A stretch of DNA of 44,555 nt from positions 1 through 44,555 of the forward strand of contig CALYNN010000001.1 in the NCBI GenBank assembly GCA_945221685.1. Reading direction: 5' to 3'. This document shows positions 28,301 to 35,700 of this stretch, in pieces. Below the pieces are notes generated by a model. It had not been told where the DNA came from and did not search any database. It saw only the letters and a program-made list of their open reading frames with translations. The position numbers and the translations under genes are program-made. Positions within the stretch are counted from its first letter, which is position 1, and the number at the start of each line of letters is the position of its first letter. This DNA comes from an uncultured Clostridia bacterium. GTDB lineage: Bacteria > Bacillota > Clostridia > Oscillospirales > Acutalibacteraceae.

Positions 28301-29030
28301 AGTTGAAAATGAGAGCCTGGGCGATATTGTAAATCAAATCTGACTCATAGCCGTCTTTACAACCAAGAAGGTTGCCTATCATACCGTAAACATCAAGTTT
28401 TACAAAGGTACCGAGTGTACCGAGTGTAAGGTCGCCTCTGAGAATATCACCGATAGGATCGTAGCCTCTGCCCGTATTATTATTGTATGTAGAGAAGTTA
28501 TTCTGCAAAATACCGAGAACGCCTCTGATAATATCGCAGGATGATGTATTGCTTCTTCTCATACCTTCTGTAGGCGAAAGGTCAATTTTACCGAGTGTAC
28601 CAACAAGTCCGCCCTTGCTCTTTAAAAGTGAGTTTACACTTTCAAGAGTTTCAAGAAGTTCGTCAACGCTGTGGGTATATACCTTGATAGAAGCAGAAAG
28701 AACTACAGGAACATCAAGGTCGATGGTTCTATTGGCCTTGTTATATGAATAGATACCGCTTGTAGGAAGCTTTTCTGAAAGCAGTCTGTCGATAACAGGA
28801 CCGTATTCCTTGAGCATTACATCTGCATAGTCAAGAAGTGCAGTAGCTGTCTGCTCGTCGGATAAAACTTTCCACGCAAGGCTGTTGTACTCAACATCGC
28901 TGTCGTTGTACTTAACATCGTTGGACGCACCAAAGGCTGTAAGCACACCGGTGAAACAAGTTAACGCCATAACTACTGCCATAAACAGAGCAAGCAGCTT
29001 GCGCGAAAACTTTTTAGTTTTTGTTTTCAT
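22386..29030 (-). CDS. Giant secreted protein (2214 aa) with C-terminal Ig/prealbumin-like modules and duplicated dockerin
   Basis: GGAGG RBS 8 nt before ATG 29030 and signal peptide MKTKTKKFSRKLLALFMAVVMALTCFTGVLTAFGA. Helical N-terminal ~1000 aa, beta-rich middle. C-terminal DYSGDGLVDSTDLTFFL / DLNCDTLVDSTDLTFFL. Confidence 0.9.
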   Translation of the reverse strand: MKTKTKKFSRKLLALFMAVVMALTCFTGVLTAFGASNDVKYNDSDVEYNSLAWKVLSDEQTATALLDYADVMLKEYGPVIDRLLSEKLPTSGIYSYNKANRTIDLDVPVVLSASIKVYTHSVDELLETLESVNSLLKSKGGLVGTLGKIDLSPTEGMRRSNTSSCDIIRGVLGILQNNFSTYNNNTGRGYDPIGDILRGDLTLGTLGTFVKLDVYGMIGNLLGCKDGYESDLIYNIAQALIFNYTKWYTEDEITAFNNGSATWVYDDELIEKLTTELLDKISVLVTYDQSYTDKATKTDVLDNSATRYAEIKQYMTDKKVNYKTAAGALGYDPNLVYSDEFVDNDGNYQNVLLFAYGSPDENGLATESTKMITLSVGDSLFDFGFRALQMAWDTVLKDTIKLVHVNNNVERGHGSNFDNEYYYWLSRQSKNSWTGNPTVDYSAEKVEAWFEAVYADYGAADANEFKSWVQHNYEFDRTAAADSKGKWSDIDETTLFNKLRYSPLADYYFNMQTGPINLYFLQLGTPKIDEFFENSYANYSSMAAAFNDCLVAVVNDLFPTRANINGTMPKLATTGNMATIGDAQIRTITSTLVANALKVIQYVADATDANILKAFYIEKGEGANLSEQTLEAAMIPMLIACIGQIDLGKGSLERVIHHEDWDACKDAEAVAFVCLREYLSYILPDKDYNVLATFNKDAEGNVTKIVATLEGTLLPMARDAVSYVMQGYVPVNGADGQPWDVYDRAVNDESTLLDLLNSVVCYYGGDYAVKDGNRSMGVGALLGACDASNGNSTITTDKTIWQNIDTIANKLMPMLGGLQYGFDSTGTPNKAFNSEDLIWNDIVLGVLEIGDNSIHSSGMYGVSNFLYKLLSIIASQPIQNDSIVVTIYNFLADLINGLFGARYTGQGYTTIATRVTRSEADGKVTYSSLHPFDDLFHKAQIVGASNGKAGALQKLVDNFVEFSGYGTSGVKTYPDSILRGICFALQAVQSFIPEAIKNIGDHALELATSQFAIPTVTGATSGSTYTSDVTITNNSTGINNAYIDGMDNGNIVQQSRYYLKVKSAVINNEDGCNCSVTAPSSKLVAPWESLTVSASTTYQGTDTSFEVIFTYDICLADGTVLYSDLTSTCYKYITKNVSWADTVYPQGISGRANMLAQGLETDSANSTTTLNGYNAFTSDTFLGGNKTNVLYPEYFVLESTNLAAINGYYVRFYNNDSSDKGMDGIYTYDKKEVYNDDTSGYVNVTDANAIPVFDKETGDLIKYGTFDYSLDGGDNWVTNYQSIVVTDYASSTAKRNVGFTSEEIASVLDGLTDAQKKNFRQRPCHVFTLEEAKNAGIIAAYHLNTKTNLYDYIYLQTNGSYLEELQYDKFGLIALKEKYYTYRYDTLLGLISMKGPVDGLYIPSGKSTIVSRDKKQYVQLFAYDNETKIQAGSYPVNVACYSSSKTGFIGDVGNPGKPCTILVADTTSKGNVDTKYRELSKLLANYEASDFTDYDQATDSSAKQTQAKNALVTALAAEAAVVTVDNAAKLSDNRYLAPKTSTSTSEYGDLCYMPFMDGDEASMPAKVLAEAFLNEEDAAYYFDEAYTMPIYSPVELTPADLDENGKGFCGEQCVVVTDENGNQSVHLKNTVAYETVWDTETYLQPWLKNTEVQATDSKGNRLYNQVQFVYLDAKGDKCTSEDAWACKFPESEYKIIENEGTVGSKDNRGIYTQAVDLLTYTIDEVVSKFIDTSAAESLFTKITEARTGLNNNNFEVLTFNKMTKAAQAAERQFSVIVNYTDPKTQEAKETEMWPADAYSLMKDLAAKGVEYTMHTKSSLSAVQVREYLRLYEFMLSKVVERGYLGDQLEAEIVCASGNPYSAMTATVATYNEDGSVATPASVSKTASAVAPAYGAWDASGNLVNEGATVYSQKSWDAYVTALANAIDVATTGNSASYAHKTANYVELVENSTTGAKELADSYTAQNSTCYSVDTALQAAEIALTPSEAVTVTVTPVEGTTVTVDGVAYTTPVAYEKGDTVSIGVTVADGYTFNYLFVNGEKKFVTEFPYNINLDGDVTIEPSVTKQAPTGITVSGTVVVATDVTGDSHTKGVGGISIVANGKVVATSASDGTFTATVPAGTTELTVTGTTAIARTVTLAGDADVTDATIPLVVCDYSGDGLVDSTDLTFFLGYYSGEYNVYADLNCDTLVDSTDLTFFLAIYGNDINYTALNIA
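22435..22547. repeat. Perfect 29-bp direct repeat (84-bp period) encoding the two dockerin halves
   Basis: AGGAAGAATGTAAGGTCTGTTGAGTCAAC at 22435-22463 and 22519-22547. Confidence 0.95.
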
Positions 29031-29188
29031 CCATTTTACCTCCATTTTGGAATTCTTTATGAGTGTAGAAGCACCCGTGCCCAAGCCGTGTTTCAAAATC
29101 TCTGACCATCAGGCAATCTGAGTTAGATTAGTGGCGAAAATGCCCCACAGCTAAAAAAGGGCGCAAAGGGCTCTATTAACACAAGTAG

Positions 29189-29217
29189 ATTATCACACAA
29201 AAGGCAGAAAAAGTCAA
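29189..29217 (-). promoter_or_regulatory. Sigma-A promoter of dockerin operon
   Basis: TTGACT-N17-GATAAT with TGn extension; implies a ~150-nt leader. Confidence 0.65.
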
Positions 29218-29593
29218 TACTCTTACTTAGTAAGAGGACTTTTTTGGCAAACTGTCCAAAAACGACCTGAAAATTTTTTGCAAAACAACGAAAATTTACA
29301 TTTTATTAACAAATTGTTTTCGCTGAATTTACAATATATTGTGTTTGGCAAACAGGGTAAAGCACAAGCGCTTTACATTGAATTGCGTTTTGTAATGCCG
29401 TTTTGCTTTACAGGAAAAGGAGATGATAATAGACATATTTTCGATTTGTTTCTATTTACTCCGGAACGGAAAAAGCAAAAATTTGCGCCTTTTTGCCTTC
29501 AAAAGCCGAAGCATTTTTATAGTTTTTCAGCGCCGTTTTTCATCAAAAATTTCTCACTTATTAACAATTTGTTCAAAATTTTGAAAAAAGGTA

Positions 29594-29622
29594 TTGACTT
29601 GCCCACTATTATTTGGTATAAA
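29594..29622 (+). promoter_or_regulatory. Sigma-A promoter of the 2808-aa gene
   Basis: TTGACT-N17-TATAAA with TGn extension; implies a ~170-nt leader. Confidence 0.7.
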
Positions 29623-29797
29623 TATATTGTATTTGTTCGTGCGTGCGTGGATTACTGCGCCCAAAAACACGAAAATTGTGTATAAACTGTTAACAAATTT
29701 ACGGTTAATACACAATATACTGTTGAGGGCCGGCATACCGCCGCGTATATATAGCGAATTCACATTCGTTAAATCATATGTAAAGGAGAGAAAAATT

Positions 29798-32700
29798 ATG
29801 AGAACGAGCAAAAAACTACTCAGCTTTTTCTTAGCTGTAGTAATGGTCATCACCACCTGCTCTGTCGGTTTTACTGCTTTTGCGCAGGATAACAGCAGCA
29901 GCATCTGGAAGACCGGGTGCGATGCGGACGACGCATTCACCACTCTCAACGGCTTAGCCGATGAGTTGCCGCAGCTTCTTATGGGTATCGATGCGCTCAG
30001 CGCGTACATTGCCGACCCGGTTTACGAGAAGTATGCGAAGGCTGACGGTAAGACAGCAGCAGATCTTACCGCCGCAGAAAAAACTGCTATTGCCCAAAAG
30101 GCAACACTGCAGGATGTACTTGGATGTTTGCAGCCGATGCTTACAGGCATGCTTTACAGCCAAAGCCAGGACGCTTTCCTGACATGGCTTGCAGACAAAT
30201 ATCCGGCGTACTCAGCCGCAGCTAAAAAGAGCTACGGATTCGATTATCTTAACGATAACGGAGACAACGCTCTCAGCTTTTATCAGCTGATTATGCTTTG
30301 CGACAAATACAAGAGTGTCGACGACTCAGGCACTCTTGCAGAATGGTATGACAAGCTTGTTGAGCTTGCAAGGCTCTATCCCGAGCTTTACCTTCAGGAC
30401 CAAGCCGAAAACGATATCGTTGAGGGTATTGCGGAGCAAATCAGAGGCCATGTTACTCTTCAGCCAGGCGGAAGCACAAACGCAGATGACTACACATGGT
30501 ACAACGCAACACTTTACGACTTAAAGAATTTCAGCTTTGATTTCGGAGACAATGCTGCTCTTGTTCAAAGGAAGATTGACCAGTGGAACGCAAGATGTAC
30601 TGCAATCGGAAGTCCGTTTAAGGCTGCTGATTTCGGCGAGTATATTTACTACGCAAAGGGCATTGGTTATACTCTTTCGAGCCACTATGTTTCCGAATAC
30701 TTCAAGTCAATCAAAACTGCCGGCGACACCATTACATACAAGGGTACCGCAGACATTTACGGCAGGGGCGCAGTAGATTACAACATCACTGACGAAATCA
30801 CTTTAAGCAACTACTCAGACCTTTTGAGAGACGCTACTCTCGAAGCTGCAGGCTGTGATAACGCTCTTGACTACCTTGACCCTGTTCCCGACTACACCGA
30901 TGAAATCAACAATCTTAAGGCCCAAAGAGAGCTCGCCTCCGCAAAGGCAGCCGAATTGACAGAGTCATATAGCAATGGTAAAGGTGGCGACACCGAGGGA
31001 TACGAGGCTCAGGTTGAGGCAATCAAAACCTACTACTATGAACAGGCAGCGGCCCACAAGGCTACATACGAAAACAGTATTGTAGGAGCTACTACGGCTG
31101 CTATCAGAAGAGCGCAGACCACATATAGAAACAATATGAACAAGCTGAACAAGGCTGTTTATAATCCTAATTCAGATAAGCCTGTTGCTACTGCTTCTTC
31201 ACCGTACTATGTACTCACTAATCCAACAAAGGAATTTGACGACTACATTGCAAACGGCACACTTCACACACTGATGAATGCCTCTCAGCTTGGTACTCTC
31301 AACAACAAGTACGCAGAGGAAATTGCAGTAGTTAAGAACTACCCTGCATATCCTGCAGCAGGCTCCTTTAAGCCGATTTCCGTATATGACAGTGAAATCG
31401 CAGAGCTTGAAGCAAAGCAGGAGGCAGCTAATTCAGGTGCAAGAAGCTTTACAGAGGAATACGCTCAGTCATTTATGAAGATGCAGGCTGACAAATTCTT
31501 CGCCGAGCAAATTATCTACAACGGTTCAGACAGAATCGGTAACTCAAAATACTATCAGTCAATCCTTAACGGTATTGTTATTGAAAACAGCAACGCAACA
31601 ACGGTTGCAGATGTTGACGAGCTTGCAGCAGCTAAAATGCCCGAGGGCAAGGCTACCTGCCAGCTTACCGATGAGGAAATCGTTGAATTCGGTACTGTAA
31701 TCAGCTCAACAGCCGGCTACCTTACCAGCGACTACTGGATTGACGGTGAGCAGACAATGACCGAAGGCTCTCAGGCAGGCAAAACCTTTACTCTTCCCGA
31801 GTCCTTGCTTGGTACATCAGTTGCAAAATACTTCTATGCAGTTGACAGCACCAGAACCTATGAGACAACAGAACACCGTCTCGGTCTTTACGCTGCATTT
31901 AAAGACAATGATAAGGACGCTATCAACAAGTATTACAAAGAGGCTTACGACTATGCGCGCTCCGAGGCAGCCCGCGATGTTATGATTGCAACAGGACTTG
32001 TAAGCGATGTTTCATTCAGAAACAGCTCAACAGGTCTTTACGACATAATTGATGTTGAAAGCTTTACCGCTGCTCAGCAGGAAAAGGCACTTGCAGCAAT
32101 AGAAGCTAACAGCGGTGTTGTTCTTACTAAAGAGCAGGAGGCTGTTTTAAAGGCTGACTACACAACTCCTCTTTATGATGCGTTGGGCACAGTTGTTCTT
32201 AACCAGCTTCTTAACGACATTATCGTAAATGCTCTAACCGACCCGAACCTTATCGGACTTGGTCAAAGCATTGAAGATATGGTAAACGGACTCCTTGTTA
32301 CAAAGATTAACCTTAACGATGTTGTTACAGACATTTGGGCAGACCTTATGAAGTCGCCTGTTGAAACAATCATAAACCTTCTTCCTACTCTTACAGTATT
32401 GCTTGACGAGGTTCTTGCTCCGATATTGTTCAACAAGAGCGGCGATGTTTACAACGGACTTCTTGACGGTCTTTGCGATGTTATCGGTTCGGCAAACTAT
32501 GGCTCATACATCGGTATGTCAACAATTTGCTTCGACCTTAACACAATACTTCCAAATCTTATGCACTGGTTAATGGGCGATACCGATTACGCAGGCATTA
32601 CATACTGGAACAACGGTGCAGATAAGACCGTAATGCTTCAGCAGAAGCCGTTGAGCGGTGCAGCACAGACTGTTGTTTACAACAAGTCAAATGTTCCTAC

Positions 32701-35700
32701 AGATGCTGACGAGGTAGCCGCTATCTTTGACCACTACGCAGTAGAGGATGCAAACGGCAACGCTATCGTAAGACAGGGTGCAGAAAAGGCTTACAGCTAT
32801 GTTTACCTTGATAAAACCTACGAAAGCTTTGCGGCAGTATTCGAGGATAACGCAAAGGCTCAGTTTAACTGCTACTTCACATACGAGGGCAGTGTTCCCC
32901 ATATTACAGGTATATATGCTGCCGACCTTGCTCTTAAGGACGCAGAGATTGCAGACCTTAACAAGATATTTGCTAAGCTCGTCGACTACGAAACCGTTAA
33001 GGATAAGGACGGAAACGCAGTTAAGGATGAGGACGGTAACGAGATTAAGCAGCTTAAGAAGGATGACGACGGAAATCCCATTGCGTCACCAAGCGCTACT
33101 GCAAATATTCTTGCAGAGGTTGTAACCGAGCTTGCTACTCTGTTTACCGCGTCAATTGATGAATTCGTTGCAGACGACTCACTTGTTAACGCAAAGAAAT
33201 ACGATGTTCAGGATCAGATTATCGGAAACGGACTTAACAACATCTTTGTTGCTATTCCGCAGTTATTCGATATTATGGAAAACCTTGCGGCAGACAAGTA
33301 CGGCATAGCAAAGGACGCATGGACCTATTGCTACAAAGGTAAGATGGTTCCGAGAGAAGATCATCCGGACCAGCTTCTTAACTCTGACCTTGAAGCACTT
33401 AAGTCATTTGCAATCAGTCCTAACGCAGTTGATACATTTGACTGCTTCGCAGGAATTTTCGTTGAGGATTGGCTTAACGCTATATTCAGCATTCTTAATA
33501 ATGTAATTTCTACAGACAACAAAATTTCAAGTAATCTTCCGATTATTTCCGGCTTGCTTAACGCTTTGGGCGGCTTCAGTGAGGACAGTATTATTACAGA
33601 TGTTCTCAACGGTGTATTCCAGATTGAGCGTGAGGACGATGATTCCTTCGCCTTTATAAAGCGTGCAAACGGACTTACCGGTCTTTCAAAGAATCATGCT
33701 TACTTCCTGCTTACAAATGTCGGCAGACTTGTTGAGGTAATCAAAAAGCTTTCTACATCGGGCGGTTCGGTAAGCGGAGATTCACTTATCAGCGCAACAA
33801 CAAAGAAGGCGGCTTCAACAGCGCCTACAATCAAAAATGCAAAGGCTAACTCAAAAACATATACAAAAACAGAGTTAAGCAATGCAACGGATCTCATTAA
33901 CAATCTTGACAAGATGCTTTCTTCTCTCCTTTCAGACAGCACTCTTAACGGATTTAGTTTAGATTCAGCAGACAATATTCTTGCCGGCGTAGTTTCCTTC
34001 TTCTCAAATTATTTGGGCAGAGACTGCTATACAGAGCTTGCAAGACTTGTTAACGAATATACCTTCTACATTACCGGCAAGGACACTCATACCGCAAACA
34101 GCAAAAATGATGTAGATGCCAAGAAGGTTTACACAAACGATTCAATGACAGGACTTATGGTTGAAACCTTCCTGCTTATTGAAAATATTGTTGAAAATCT
34201 CTTTGGTGAGTTCACGGGAACATTTACATTAGAAAACGGTAAGACAGCTAACTACAACCTGATTACCGAAGCTATCGAGGGTGTAATTTCACCTGACGCA
34301 ATATGCGTAAGACTTGACGGTTATGATAAGGTTGCCAAGGAGCTTACAAAGTATAACTGCTGGCACAACGCCGCGGCAACAACCTCCAGAGGCAACTACA
34401 AAATCAGTCTTGACTGGGGTATCAAGGCAGGCGATAAGGACGCATTCTTCAACGCACTTGCCGCTTCACTCAGACTTGTATCCTCAGTATTCGGCGTACT
34501 TCTTGTTGATACCGGATGGTACAACTCGGTAGTATCTCCTTTGCTTAACGCATTCTGCAAGCCAAACGGCATTAAGGTTGATTCAGCCGCAGAATTTGCA
34601 AAGCTTAAGAACGGATACCACGACGAAGCACTGCTCGGTCTTATCAGACCTATTGCAGGCTGGCTTGATGCTTTGCTTGCAAAGCCGGTAACCACACTTA
34701 TTAAATCTGTTCAGGGTATTGCAGGAATACTTGACGATAAGAACGGTGCAACAATCGCTTCTATCGTTAAGGGTGCAATTACTCCTCTTGCCGCAGAAAT
34801 CAACGGACTTGGCAACATCTTCGGTATTTCAAGCGACAAACTGTTGGCGACATCACCTACTCTTAAGGCAATGATTTGCGGAACAACCGACAAGGACGGC
34901 AAAAAGATTCCCGGCCTTGTAGATAAAATCGGTGCTTACGCTAATACAAAGAACATTAAGATTAAGGGCTACTCATTAAGCGGAAGCAATCTTATTCCGA
35001 TTGTTAACAAGCTTCTTGCGGGCACCGGAATTCAGTTAAAGCAGATTAGCTGGAGAAAGCTCAGCACAGCAAAATCACCTGCTGCGGCTCTTGTATATGT
35101 TCTTGACTATCTGTTTGAAACAATTCTTGAAAATAAGAACCTAACAGCTATCGCTAAGCTTATTGATAACGATATTGTTACAATGCTTGTTGAAGCTATT
35201 AAGGCAGGCAAGATTCAGTCAACAGACCTTCTTGCTTTGATAAACAAGGTGCTTGAGGTTACAGACAGCCCAACACTCGTTTACTGGACATTCGCTCAGT
35301 ACCTACAGGAGCTTACGGAATCATTTGTTTATCCTAAGGGAGTAACAAAGCAGATGGCAGACAACGGCGTTACTCAGCTCGACACTGCAATCAGCTCCGT
35401 GCTTTCACTCCTCGGTTCACTCGGCGTAGATTTAGGCGCTGACGACCTTCAGGGTATAATCAGCAAGAACCTGTTTACAAACAAGCTTCTCACCTCGCTT
35501 GCTACCGGTCTTTTCGGTGCGCTTGACAATGCAGACCCAACTGTTAAGACAATTCTTTCACAGCTTGGAATTGTTTGCTCAACAAAGGATATTGCAAAGC
35601 TTCTTACAGACAAGAGCTACGGCAACACCTACTCATCAGCCGCAAAGACAATTAAGGCTGCAAAGAGCTGGAGCGATATTAAGACAATCAACTGGGGCTT

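Noticed and set aside
17722-29030. Classical cellulosome (cip-cel-like) operon
   Set aside because: No GH48/GH9/GH5 catalytic motifs, CBM3 or multi-cohesin scaffoldin is recognisable by eye. A dbCAN search is still needed to exclude divergent CAZymes.
29278-30009. ORFs 29278-29685 (+) and 29554-30009 (-), and the upstream extensions of the giant genes (29594 TTG, 29096 TTG)
   Set aside because: AT-rich promoter DNA with no RBS; the TTG at 29594 is the -35 box. Strong RBS plus signal peptide support starts at 29798 and 29030.
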